In this document: positions 25,425 through 37,844 of the stretch, in pieces
How positions within the stretch are numbered: the first letter of the stretch is position 1
Layout: every line of letters begins with the position of its first letter
Source: Haliotis rufescens
Taxonomy: Eukaryota
NCBI RefSeq assembly: GCF_023055435.1
Contig: NW_025964361.1
Coordinates: 3,968,001-4,032,000, forward strand
Length of the DNA: 64,000 nt
Direction: 5' to 3'
The notes under the pieces: generated by a model
What the model was told of the DNA's origin: nothing
Database searches by the model: none
Seen by the model: only the letters and a program-made list of their open reading frames with translations
Program-made: the position numbers and the translations under genes

Positions 25425-27331
25425 ATGAAGGTAAGGGCGTACAAAGTGTATATTACCCAATTTTGTAATATCCGAAGTTCATTCCTTCCTATATATTCGG
25501 TCGGGTAGCCTTGTGGTTAAAGCGTTCGCCCTTCGCGCCGGAGACCTGGGTTCGATTACCGACATGGGTACAATGTGTGAAGCCCATTTCTGGTGTCCCC
25601 CGCCGTGATATTGCTGGAATATTGCAAAAAGAGGCGTAAAACCATACTCACTCACTCACTCACTCCTTTCCGTTGGCTCCTTTTGTTGTCTTTCGTGTTT
25701 GTTATTATTTCGATTATTGTAGGTGCACCATTGTAGATGCCCTAGTTTAAATGTTTAATTTATTTAACAAATTTACGTTTCGATTCATGATGTATTATGT
25801 CGATAATTGTAGATACTTGTGGTGTATGACGTTTATATTTACAATATACGGTACGAGTATCCTCTTACAGCGTTTTGGAGATCTTGCTCCCTTGAAAACC
25901 CTCTTAAATTTTCTGAAATATTGTATGTCTGCCAAAAAAAATAATGTTTATTCAAATAATATTGGTTATATTGGATATTATTTGGAAGAGTGGGTGAGAG
26001 TATGGTTTTAGCAGTATTCCAGCAATATCACGACAGGGGACACCAGAAATGAACTTCACACATTGTACCCATGTCAGGAATCGAACCCGGGTCTTCGGCG
26101 TGACGAGCGAACGCTTTAACCATTTACATATTATATATAAATATTATGAATATTATTTAAATATTATAACGTTAGAATATGAACGTACAATAGAGAAAGA
26201 AATGCCGATTATGACGAATTTACGAATGTAAGACATCTAGCTGGGACAATTTTAACAGTTTGAACATAATCTTTTTCATATATACTCACAATAACGAAAG
26301 AAATGCCGATATGATGAAAATTTTTATTTTTGAAATTAAAATGTAAACATCCAATAAATACAAAAATGCCGAATAGGGTTTCCCGTCTTTCCTTAATTTT
26401 ACATGAATGTTAAACATTTTAACAAAATATTAGGAACTATTTGGAAAACGATGTTCAAACATCAACTTTTTATGACTAATATCAGCTCACACTGAAAAAG
26501 AACGCTGATTAAGATGAAATTAATTCTTGAAGTTTTAAGAGTGTGACACACATAGTGTTAACATAATTATTCTTAATCTTTAGTTTTGTATAATTTCAGT
26601 GTGTCGTCGCTGTGTTGTCCGTGCTGGTCTGCTCTGGCCTGGCCCAGGTACCCCTCCGTGGTAAAGGACTCCTTGGAGGTGGATCTTTCGGTGTTGGCTT
26701 CAACAATGGAGGCATTGCTGGTAAAGGCTATGGCTACAACCCATACAACAGTAACTATGGTCATGGGCACGGAGCTGGTCTTGTAGGACACGGACCTTTC
26801 GTCGGCCACGTTGGCTCCTTCGCAGGACATGGTCCTTCTATTGTTGGTCACGGTGTTGCAGGACACGGCATTGCTGGTACAGGACATGGCTACGGCTACA
26901 GTTACAACCCTTACAACAACTATGGATACGGGAAAGGCGTTGGCAAATTCGGTGTAGCCGGTCCCTTCGTCGCCGGACATGGAGCTGGCCTTGTAGGACA
27001 CGGAGCTTTCTCAGGGGTTGGTTCCTTTGTAGGAAACGGTCCTTTTGTTGCTGGACCCGGCGTTGCTGGTAAGGGACACGGTTACGGCTACAACCCCTAC
27101 AACAACTATGGTTACGGCAAGGTATTGGGTGCACCTGGTAACTTCGTCAGCGGTCATGGATCTGGTCTTGTAGGACATGGGCCTTTCGTCGGCCATGCTG
27201 GTTCCTTTGGTGGACATGGTGTTGCTGGACATGGTCCTTTCGTGGGGAATGGAATTAACGGAAATCGTGGTTTCATTGCTGGACATGGACCTTTCGTCGG
27301 ACATGGAGTTGCTGTCCACGGAGTTTATTAA
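25425..27331 (+). CDS. Gene D: secreted Gly/His/Tyr-rich protein, join(25425..25430, 26600..27331), 245 aa, near-identical inverted paralog of C exon 2
   Basis: TATATAA 25341-25347; ATGAAG|GTAAGG; acceptor ATAATTTCAG before 26600 in frame with ORF 26612..27331; AATAAA 27461-27466. Confidence 0.9.
25500..25665 (+). mobile_element. tRNA-derived SINE family 1 (best copy), in gene D intron
   Basis: A-box TAGCCTTGTGG, B-box GGTTCGATT, body CATGGGTACAATGTGTGAAGCCCATTTCTGGTGTCCCCCGCCGTGATATTGCTGGAATATTGC, (ACTC)n tail. Confidence 0.85.
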
Positions 27332-27865
27332 CATACCTTTATTGCACAAGGTGTAGTCGGACCCTTCGTCTAAATTACCGTAACCAGAGTCGTATGTTTG
27401 TGGTGCCTGATGTATGAATGTTTTTATACTACATTGTATTTGTTCATCTGTTTATGAGACAATAAACACCTTATGATATATGATGTAGCACTGTTTATCT
27501 GTCACAGGTAGCTATAACGATACATGATACATGACCACTGACCACGTCACATGTCAAATATCGAGGAAACCTAACATGTTGCCACAAAACACAAATAACA
27601 AACTTAAAACAATAACACACAATGTACATGTTCGTTCTTATTCGTCAGATCTTTTCGATTGAATCCTGTTACCGTTTTAGCAAACAAAATTGGAATAACG
27701 ATACGATGAAATGTCGAACTGCTGATAGTCTTATTTAGTGAGGCCATTCGTTGACTACAGTGGACTTTCTTTTCTGAACAAGCCACCAGTTTAATAACTA
27801 TCACATTTGCAGATAAACCCAGTGACGCTAGAAATATCACGATGATGTAAATAACAGGGACAAAA

Positions 27866-28127
27866 CCATGTCCATAAGCAAGAGAAATCCCTGTCCATAA
27901 GCATGAGAAAGCCCTGTCCATAAGCATAAGAAATCCCTGTCCGTAAGCAGGAGGAAACCCTGTCCATAAGCATTAGAAATCCCTGTCCATAAGAAGGAGA
28001 AAACCCTATCCATAAGCAGGAGAAAACCTTGTCCATAAGCAGGAGGAAACCCTGTCCATAAGCATGAGAAATCCTTGTCCATAAGCATAAGAATTCCCTG
28101 CCAAAAGCATGAGAAATCCCTGCCAAA
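27866..28127 (+). repeat. 23-bp minisatellite, about 11 copies (TGTCCATAAGCATGAGAAATCCC)
   Basis: Unit starts at 27869, 27892, 27915 and onward. Confidence 0.92.
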
Positions 28128-28989
28128 AGTCGATCGTACGATTCTGACTACATCATGAGGATAATTGCGTTTATGAATCGCAATATAGAGACGATACCAA
28201 GTGTTCGCGAAAAGGTGAGCACATCCTGCCCCACCGGTGGCACCCCGTCACAAACACATGCAAAGATAGGAAAAAAACACGACAGGCAAAAAAGTCAAAA
28301 TAGGCAATTGCATCATTATTCAGATATGATTTTGGTTCCTGATACGTCAAATTTGGACATGTCCTTCACATGTCTACCATCAAACTTTCTGAAAGGTTTA
28401 GTAAGGCATTGAATGTTGCGACAACGTTTGAGCAAGAAGTGTATGACTTTCTGTGAAAACTTTGTAGACAGAGTAGGTTTGATTGTACGTCAAAAGTTGT
28501 AAAATGTAAACAACCAATTGAGGCTGGAGCTGCGGGGCTGTAGCTCGGCCTAAAGGGAAAGTTAGAGTGATCCCTATTGTCATACAGTCTTGGGGATAGT
28601 TACTTTTTGTTATTCTGAAATCGTTATGCATAGACCTAATATGAAACAGATAGGACAGTTTTAATGATCTCTTTTCTAGTTCAGGGTGGAATTGGCTATG
28701 TCCATTATTGAAAGATATCAGATCATCGCAATACACGAAGCTTTAGTCAAACCTCTTGGCCAAATCCTTTGTTTTGATTTTGCCAATCCGCAGAGAAATT
28801 CTAACTCGTATGCATAAAGAAACAGACCTGCAAGGAGGGGAACACATTTGGTGCCCAATGGCATGCCTACTTCTTGCTAAATGTCCTTTCCCCAAATTTC
28901 ACGAAGATGTTACCTATGACAAATTCAGTACTTCATATATTGTTTTCTCATTTCATATCAGATGACAGATTTTTTTAGATTTTTTATTT

Positions 28990-29418
28990 TTTTATTTCAT
29001 TTCTATCATATTTTAGATTTCAGTATCATACAAAACTGCAAAACAGATGATTATGTTTGAGTAACAACAGGATTTAAGTACAACATTTCTACCCATAGGT
29101 GTCAAGGCTCTCTTTTCCGACATTTTCATTTCCTTTTCTATCTTATCAAAGTTGTTTGTATAGTTTAAATTAACCACATTTTCCAAATCAACATAAAAAT
29201 CTATGCCTACTAACTTAAACTGAGTTTGTGACCAGTCAAATATCCAGTCCTCACATAACTTATATCTACATCGTATTTTTACCCTATCCATATCAACTTA
29301 TTTTTTCAGCATTTACTTTCAATCCCCAAAACCGGGCAAATAGATTTAACGTACTCATTGAGGTATCGAGGCTTTCTTCAATTCAACCTAAACTTAATGT
29401 AGAATCATCTGAAAATTA
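28990..29418 (-). pseudogene. Degenerate L1/Tx1-like LINE ORF2, 3' continuation (F-S-D-D catalytic motif onward)
   Basis: Minus strand *FSDDSTL..., then FKLVGIDF...LTPMGRNVVLKS (ORF 29013..29291), typical of L1/Tx1 post-RT region. Confidence 0.8.
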
Positions 29419-32400
29419 CACTGCAAACACGAAAACGTCGTTTTTTTCCGTATATGGTCATTGGACGGAAAAACGACTAAAAATTCATTAAAATTGATTA
29501 ATTGGTCAGCGTCTAGAAAGTGTCCAGAAAAGGGTCGAGTTTTTCAAGCGTAAAATGGACGGAAAAACGATGCTTTTTGCTCCGCCTTGTACAACTGTTA
29601 ACGGCCAATCAGATGGCGCTGGTCCCCCGACGCACGTGATGTCCAAGGCTTCCTTTCGGAAGCTTTAGGTTTCGTATTTCTGGCATGCCTTGCTCTAGTA
29701 TCTGTCGCGCGCAGTGCAGCGAGATTTGCTGATAAGCTAGTTTTAGGATATGTTACATGTTAATGGAATTCAGACACGCGCCAAGAAGTCAAACCAAACA
29801 ATGTTACTAAGTTTATTGTGGTAACGGCTATGTACAGTTACCCCTATCGGATAATGGGTTGTGTTTCATTTGGTTATAACAATAACTATTTTTTTATGTG
29901 AAGTTTACAAGATTTACGACTTGGACGCGAGGTCGGTCACATGACGTTCTTCACGTGACTGTATTCTTGAAAAGGCGTAAACACTGACTACTTCCACATT
30001 CCTGGGGAAAACCCTTGGAATTCCCTGGTGCGAATTCATACAGAAGCGTGGTTGCAAGCCCATTTAAGGATACCCTCGCTACAACCCATCCCAGAGAGAA
30101 AAAACACGAAAAGAAATCCAAACTGTCGCAGTGACAATTTACAGAAATCTATGAATTTACCTTAGTATCTATTTGACTCATCTTCACAATCACCTTTCAA
30201 TGATCGGCCAATTGATCAGTGATGCCAAAGGCTTGAAATAGCCACAGGTTAATTAACAACTTCGAAAATATCTCCCGTCACGTTTATCGTGTCGGCCATT
30301 TTGACGTATTGTACTTGATGTAAATGTATTACGACGCTCTGTCATTGTAATTGACTTACTGAGGTAATTCTGTAAAAGATCTTCTCATCTAATGAGGATA
30401 TTGTTTGGAATATATTTCTTGTAAACATACTAAAACATATGTTCCTCGCTTTGGGGGGAACTATTTTATTCCGGGGTGGCCCATTAAATCTAGTAGTAAG
30501 TCAAGGCACCATGCGTGATCTGTTATTTTATGTGTTTAAATTACGATTTGGGGCGTTAATAAAATACACTGACGCAAGTTTATTCTATTCAAATCAATTG
30601 GATAATTGAATATGCTTTCTTTTACATATTACATAACATCACTGCACAAAATATGAACAGTTGCAGTAACACACTACGGTAATCGCATTAAACATCATTT
30701 TCAACTGTACAGTATTTCAGTATTTCAGTTATATCATGGTGTATCAGACTGATGTGGGATAAAAATCCGAAGTGGTTCAGGTCATCCAATGGGTGTTCGG
30801 GAAAAGGTGAGCGTATCCTGCCACACAAGAGGCACCCGTCACAAACACATGCAAGGACAAGTCAATTGTTCACCTGAACAAAGCACGGAAACACACAATG
30901 ATGCCCGTCCTCAGTTTTACCAAGCATGTAAATTATTTTGTCCGTCAAAAACATGGACGAGTATAAACAATATGTTCATTCACGTAATACATGTCATACA
31001 TTTGACAAAATGTATTGACTCGGAGCATTATTGTTAATCACAGCGTATGCAGCTGAACTCATCACCCATCCCATTATTGATAACCCTTCTTGAAGATCTA
31101 TGAAATCAGAAGCTGCAACACTCTATCTTTTAACTGGCATGTCAGACTTCTATTTCATTACTCAGTTTTATTTGCACGGATTACTATGGAAGGGACATTG
31201 TCTCGTTGTCGCATTGTCGAATTGACGCCTTTACAAAAACAAGCAAAACGTGTCAAAATTAACAAAAGCGCCACAATTGGCCATTTGTCGCATTGTCGCG
31301 TGTTCGCATTGTCGCTCTTTGATAATCCTTTTCTTTATTTTACAAAAGGGCGACGATGCCGTAACGCGACATTTTCAAGGTCAAAATATGTCTCGTTGTC
31401 GCATTGTCGCCCCATCACAAATGTGTATAAAAGGCGTAACGTTCAGTTATTTTTACAGTTAGGAAGTTTAACCTGATAAATGTACGCCTTGAAATGAAAA
31501 CACAAGTCCGTCCGCGAGTCCATAACGTTTTATTGTGAGCTCTTCTCTAAAAGTGCTTAGTGTTCAACTCCCAGTTCCAAACACGTAGTACCTCCTCAAT
31601 AATCCACATACCTCCAGTGCAGTGGTCTTTCGGAAGATATTACTCTTGACCGTATTAGACAACGGACGAGTGCACGCCTGACCTGTGACCTCGTTGCAAC
31701 CCTCGTGATGTGTTTGCCGAAGGGAGAGGTGTAGGAAATGTGTGCTCCAGCCCAGCGCAGAGCTCGCGACACACTGTATACTGATGTATACAGTATATTG
31801 CAATTGATATACTGTATACTGCATGTGATACTTATTTGCGGGAATGTTACAACTTTCAAGATTCAAGATTCAATTTGCATATATTTCATATACAACAGAC
31901 CGCCGTCATATATCACTGGAATACTGCTGAGAGCGGCGTTAAAACAATTTTTTTCATAATGGAGCGCTGCAGTCATTTAAAATAGAACCGTATACATATG
32001 TACATGTAGTACCAACTCACTCTATTTGTTTCGAATATTCAGCAGAAAATATATTATTAACCAGGTCTTTGGGAAAAGATATCAGATTTTTATAAGCAGC
32101 CACATAGGGATGATAAAGGACCCCTCGCTGATTAGGTTCTCGTTTACTTAAGAGCAGAGTTGGCCATGTTAGATGATATAACCAAAATCCGGGAGCTCCG
32201 GCGGGGGGCAAGCTGGTCTTGTTAGTGTATGGTATGAGCTGTGACGTTGACCCAAGAGAATAATGTAAAACATGCATATGAGACCAACTCAAGTCTATAA
32301 TGATTGGGAAAGTCTAGATTTCCACAGCTCTAGCCTGAAATTAAGAATTGTTCTATGCTCCATTTTAATTGTATTATTTTCATTTTGTAGACATGGATGG

Positions 32401-33639
32401 ACCAACCAGGAAAGAAATTGATGGAATATTAATATCACATGTTACCACTGATCCCGTTAAATTCATCACACAATAATAAATTAGTATTTGACATTACGGC
32501 ATTTGATTATTAGGGCATGATCATGTACATGTTCACTGTAGTAATGTACACACCAGTCAACTTGATTATAATTTTTATCAAAGTGTAGCGCGGCATCAAC
32601 GATTACTTTATGATATCCTCACTTGTCATCGATGTATTGACATCGAACAATGGACGGCAATTCGAAATTCTTATGGATAGCTTCAATAGGGACAGCGCCG
32701 GTGTCAGTACAATTTTCCTAGTTAAAATAAGTATCTACAAAATATAATCTGAAGCAGACAAGAACAATATTTTTTTATTAATGCTTACTTTCATGGATAG
32801 AATTAAGGCAATCTAGGCTTGCCAAATCGTTCTAGACTTGAGCTGGATTCCTTTTAAATTTATTCTGTATGGTCTGGGAGACGAACGGGCGTCAGTATCG
32901 CATTGAGAACTGGGACAGCCTTAATCAGTGTAATCGGATATGTTGTGGAGTTTCGGTTTTGGGCTGTTTGCTGAATATATAGAATTGCGAGTTATGTATA
33001 CTCTGTATTCTTTCGTCTGGTAGCATATATATTTTCTATGTTGCTTTTTGAATTATCCACAAATAATGAGAACTACAATGTAAACCTCTCTCTGGAGATA
33101 TGCAATAATACTACTGAAGGGCATATCTGAAAAATGGGACTTCTCGACAAATATTTCTTTCTTAAATACTACCCGTTACAGGCATTCTGATCATTATATC
33201 ATACTTTGTACAGTTTAAAAGTCAAATAATGGCAAATTGTGTATCTTTCTACATTTTGAATTAATTATATTTTCTGAAATAAAACCTTAGCATCAGATAG
33301 TGATATACACGAATATGATCTATACTATTATAAATGAATTATCAATTTCGTATTATGAATTAGATAAACAGAAATATGATAGTAAAACAAATTATTTTAA
33401 TCTATTCTTGTGAATAGGTAACGAGAGATCTAGGCAACGCACTAACGTAGCCATTTATGAAAAATGAAATATTAAAAGTTTAGGGGTTTGAACATGCACA
33501 TTGAATAACAGGGAAGAAAGCAACGCAATAATTAAATTATGAATCAAATTATGTTATAAATATAACAGAATATTTAGAAAATATAAGCTTAATTTCTCAT
33601 TGTTGGAAGGTGTTTAATAATTATATAGATTTTGTTTGA

Positions 33640-33856
33640 TTGTTTGTTGTTTAACGCCGCACTCAGCAATATACCAGCTATATGACGGTGGTTCGTAAAT
33701 AATCCAGTCTGGACCAAACAATTTAGTCATTATCATCAAGAGCACCGATCTACGCATTTGGGATACGATGACATGCATCAACCAAGTCAGCGAGCCAAGT
33801 CGCCTTCGTACAAGCATGGGTTGTTGAATGCCTTTTCTAACCCGGATCTTCACGGG
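33640..33856 (-). mobile_element. SINE-like family 2 copy
   Basis: Reverse complement of the 5539-5795 element. Confidence 0.8.
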
Positions 33857-35580
33857 TATTTTTTTAAAATAATAAGGTACAATGAAATTCTGTATATGTC
33901 CATAATAAGTGTGTATAAGTAGATGGATAATATGTCCATACACGCCAAGTAAATGGTATATGCATTAATTTACATGCAAATGATTCAATGATGAGTTCTT
34001 TCACAAGTCCATATTTCAAGACATGTATTTGATATTCATAATAACTCCACAAAAGCTACACAATGGCAACAAAACGGTACCAGCATCACAGATTCCAATA
34101 ATACATGAGATACATATAATTACTTTAAAGTTAAAACATGTATCTAAATAGAAAATTAGAAGGATACACTTCCGACATTTTTCGTACTTTGTTTTCGTTT
34201 GGAGAGAGAAGTTGTGATTGGTATCTGATGGGTGCAAACAGGTGTTCCCTTCCGCCCAGGCCTTGCGGCAATGCTATAGCCCAAAATGAAACAAGCCTTG
34301 TTCAACAGGTTCAGACTCAAATTTCTATCCCACTTGGGCTCCTTTTAAATTTAAATATAATTTCTCGTGTCGATATGTGTCAGAAGAAATGAAATATTAC
34401 AGCACTGGTGAATAGGTTATATGCGCATGTCAGCGTCGATCCTATAATATCCTTTTATGCAAAATACATATATACTGATGAATTAAGGTAGTAATACTAC
34501 GCAAATATATGTCCAGATGCATACATCAGTATCATCTCGTGATCTTAATTCGTGCTTTGAGCCCTTTTTCTACCGGAGATTCTGGGGTGTTACATCACAC
34601 CAGAAAGCCAGGTCCAAATTCAAGTCATATTTTCATGGTCCGTCTTGTATGTTGGAAACCAATATCGCAATATGGCTAAATATTGCTGAACGTGGTATTA
34701 ACCCGATTACTCACATAATTATTCCATTTTCTACAGTCATCTACGAACACTATCTTTAAGGAGCTATATCTGTATCATCCAAATATCCATACATATATGT
34801 CCACATTTATATGTATAAAGCAAGTCGTCCTGCACTCTTCCTTAAAAGATAAATGTTAAGCATTTCCTCTGTATGGATTTATATAATGTAATATCGTTTT
34901 AATGTAATGCTGATGCAGTAAACGTACCACAGACCTAATGCTAGAATAACATCTAATTTCTGAAATGAACATATTTTACAGAAAAAAACCAGTTGTTTAA
35001 ACAATACTTATAAAATATAAGAACAAGGAGCCAAGAGCCAAATATTGGGATGTGTTGGACAGATTTGTTTCGGGGTCTTATGACAGACAAACCTGATGCC
35101 TTTAAGTATAAAGATAAGTAAGTATAGATGTTGTACATATTCAAATATGTTCGTGATTAACCCAACCTTGAAAAATATTGAACGATGAGTGGTAACTATT
35201 TATGCCATTACTTCAAATTAGAATGAGAGCACATCAGGAAAGCATGGTACTTTAATATACGTATCTTGTTAACCCAATACTGTTTTTTTAGTAAGAGCAG
35301 CATGTATATCGAGAGTATAGGTTTGGTGCGTGACTTATCATACAGTACTTTCAGAAAGTGTGCATATTCTGTTTATCGGCAATAAATAACATAAGACGAT
35401 TCATACGGGTAAATACGATTTACTTCAGAACTAGTATAGATTATTTAAGGTTAGGGGGAAATGTATGTAATCAACAGAACTTTGGCCGGGTTTGAAGGAT
35501 TTGGGTCCTGGCTTAGGCTTTGTGTTGGACGTGTAGACGGCATTTCCAGGTTTGACGTATCAATGACAAAAATGATGTCA

Positions 35581-37726
35581 GAGAGAGAGAGAAGAGAGAA
35601 TATTGTTTATTAAAGTGTCACATGTTATATACACTTCGTAATACGATATATACAAAACAGTAAAATATAACATCCGGCCAAATATGACCTACGAGACACT
35701 ATAAAACATATCAATCATAAAACTATTCAGTTGAAACAGAATAAAAAATACATACCTCGTGATGCAGGCGCGGAGCACGGCCGTGGGCGGTTTCAGTGAA
35801 GAGCGCACCAGTATGCCAGGATACAGGGCAACTGACTTCGAAAGTCCTTAGTTAAACAGTGCGCTCCCCCTTAACTCCCCCCACCGCGTTGCGCCGCCCA
35901 CACACCACGTCATACATACATACATACATACATACATACATACATACATACATACATACATACATACATACATACATACATACATACAAGTCATACATAC
36001 ATACTTGGCTTAAAATGAAATTGCCTTCTTTTAACCATGTTGTAAATTGATTTGGCTAAAATACATTGAAGCGATTCTTCGTTCATAATAAAAATAAACT
36101 TTTCTAAACTACTCATATAATGAAATGTTTTATCTACAGAAGTTGCTTCTTTAGCTAAGTTGTATCTTAAATCATCATAAAATGGACATTCTATTAAAAA
36201 GTGACATTCATCTTCAACATAATTTACATGATCATTAGTAGGATTGGCGTGACAATATTTACAAGTCCTATCCAACAGTGGGGTAGGTGGCTTGGCGTAG
36301 CGGCCGGTCTCAACATGTAAAGGTAAAATACCACATCGAAAGGATGCTAAAAGTCTTCGATGATCTCTAAAACGTACATGACATAAATAAGGCTCAGCAG
36401 TAGGTGATGATTTGTACATTCTGTATGTGCGTAATTTATTGCCATTTGGATTATTCTTGTCATTCCATAGCGCAGTATACCACATATCACAATCTTCAGC
36501 AGTTAAGAAACACTTTACACGGTCAACACACTGTTTAATGCTGTATCCACAATAAGGTAAATTTGACAAATTATAGTGAGCTAAAATGTTTACGATTTTT
36601 TTATCCCAGGATTGTGATCGGATTTTGGACCAATTATGAATGATAAGAGGGAGATGATGGGCCTGCATATTCTGAATTCTAAAATATAATCTAAAGCATT
36701 CAACGTGCTGTGACACTTTCACAGAACACCAGCCCATGTCCCCCCTCATAGCAGTAACTGGGGCATTTTTTCTTACGCCTAGAAACAAACGACAAGCCTT
36801 ATTTTGAATTATTTCTACTTCCTTATACTTATTCAAACCCCAAATGCCAGCACCATAAAATAGAACAGGTTCTACAAGAGCTTTATAAAGCTTGTTAAAT
36901 ACTTCGTAAGACATGCCACCCGCGTGTTTAAACTTTGAATACAACGCAGAAAGAGCTCTGCTAGCCGATTTACACAGTACCTGGACTGTTTTGTGCATAT
37001 CTAAATGCTCATTAAAAGTTAAACCAAGATATTTGTAAGAGCTTTCATAATCAATAATAGATTTGCCGCATACAAATACTCGCTCAGATCTAGCCACAGA
37101 TTTGTTTCTGAAATGCATGATTTTGGTTTTGTCTGAATTAATATCCAAACGCCATTTTTGACACCATATATTTAAAACATTTAACATTTTCTGTAACGAG
37201 TCTTCGTCTTCAGCTAACAAGGCTATATCATCAGCATACAACAAAACTGATAACACAGAACTTTCAATAGGTATGCCACAGTTTAACTTATTCATGTCTA
37301 ACACCAAATCATTAATATAAACGGAAAATAACGTTGGCGATAACTTGCATCCTTGTTTAACGCCCAAGGTAACATTAAAAGATTCAGTGATAAAACCATT
37401 GAGCTTAACTGCACACTTTACGTCCATATATAAGGCTTGTACAGCTTGTAGCATTTTACCATGAATACCAACAGACATAAGCTTGTACCAAAGGCAATTG
37501 CGATTAACCCTATCAAACGCCTTCTTAATATCAACAAAACAGACATACGTAGATCGTTTAGAGGCTTTACGGTTATTAACAATATTATAAAGTGCATATA
37601 AGTGATCAGTGCAGTTTCTCTTAGGTCTAAAACCATTTTGCTCTTCCACAAGAATATTATTTGACTCCAACCACTTCTGTATCCTACAGTTCAGTATACA
37701 CGTGTAGACTTTACAGGGTATTGATA
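35581..37726 (-). mobile_element. 5'-truncated non-LTR retrotransposon (RTE-X or CR1/L2-group-like) with uninterrupted RT frame
   Basis: RT motifs QNGFR, FVDIKKAFDRV, GVKQGCKLSPTLF, LLYADD, YKYLG, C-terminal CxxC...HFLIEC; 3' UTR with AATAAA (~35611-35606) and (TC)n tail; nested within the CACTG element. Confidence 0.9.
35913..35987 (+). repeat. (TACA)n microsatellite in LINE 3' UTR
   Basis: Perfect tetranucleotide run. Confidence 0.95.
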
Positions 37727-37844
37727 TGATGCAATTCTCTGCCTTTTCGGGTGAACAATTGGCTTGCCTTTGGATGTGTTTGCGGCGGGTGCCACTAGTG
37801 GATCGGAATGAGCTCGCGTTTTTGCGAGTATCCAATGTCATCAT
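35991..37844 (-). CDS. LINE reverse transcriptase ORF (617 aa; first ~39 aa derive from flanking repeat, endonuclease domain absent)
   Basis: ORF track; RT motifs listed above start at ISIPCKVY. Confidence 0.75.
   Translation of the reverse strand: MMTLDTRKNASSFRSTSGTRRKHIQRQANCSPEKAENCIISIPCKVYTCILNCRIQKWLESNNILVEEQNGFRPKRNCTDHLYALYNIVNNRKASKRSTYVCFVDIKKAFDRVNRNCLWYKLMSVGIHGKMLQAVQALYMDVKCAVKLNGFITESFNVTLGVKQGCKLSPTLFSVYINDLVLDMNKLNCGIPIESSVLSVLLYADDIALLAEDEDSLQKMLNVLNIWCQKWRLDINSDKTKIMHFRNKSVARSERVFVCGKSIIDYESSYKYLGLTFNEHLDMHKTVQVLCKSASRALSALYSKFKHAGGMSYEVFNKLYKALVEPVLFYGAGIWGLNKYKEVEIIQNKACRLFLGVRKNAPVTAMRGDMGWCSVKVSQHVECFRLYFRIQNMQAHHLPLIIHNWSKIRSQSWDKKIVNILAHYNLSNLPYCGYSIKQCVDRVKCFLTAEDCDMWYTALWNDKNNPNGNKLRTYRMYKSSPTAEPYLCHVRFRDHRRLLASFRCGILPLHVETGRYAKPPTPLLDRTCKYCHANPTNDHVNYVEDECHFLIECPFYDDLRYNLAKEATSVDKTFHYMSSLEKFIFIMNEESLQCILAKSIYNMVKRRQFHFKPSMYV

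Noticed and set aside
25500-25575. tRNA gene
   Set aside because: A/B boxes present but fused to a SINE body and (ACTC)n tail, with many degenerate copies in the window
27604-28126. Repetitive ORFs with AYGQGF / MLMDR / SCLWTG units resembling the Gly-rich family
   Set aside because: The 23-bp unit is not a multiple of 3, so the peptides cycle through frames; no signal peptide; non-coding minisatellite
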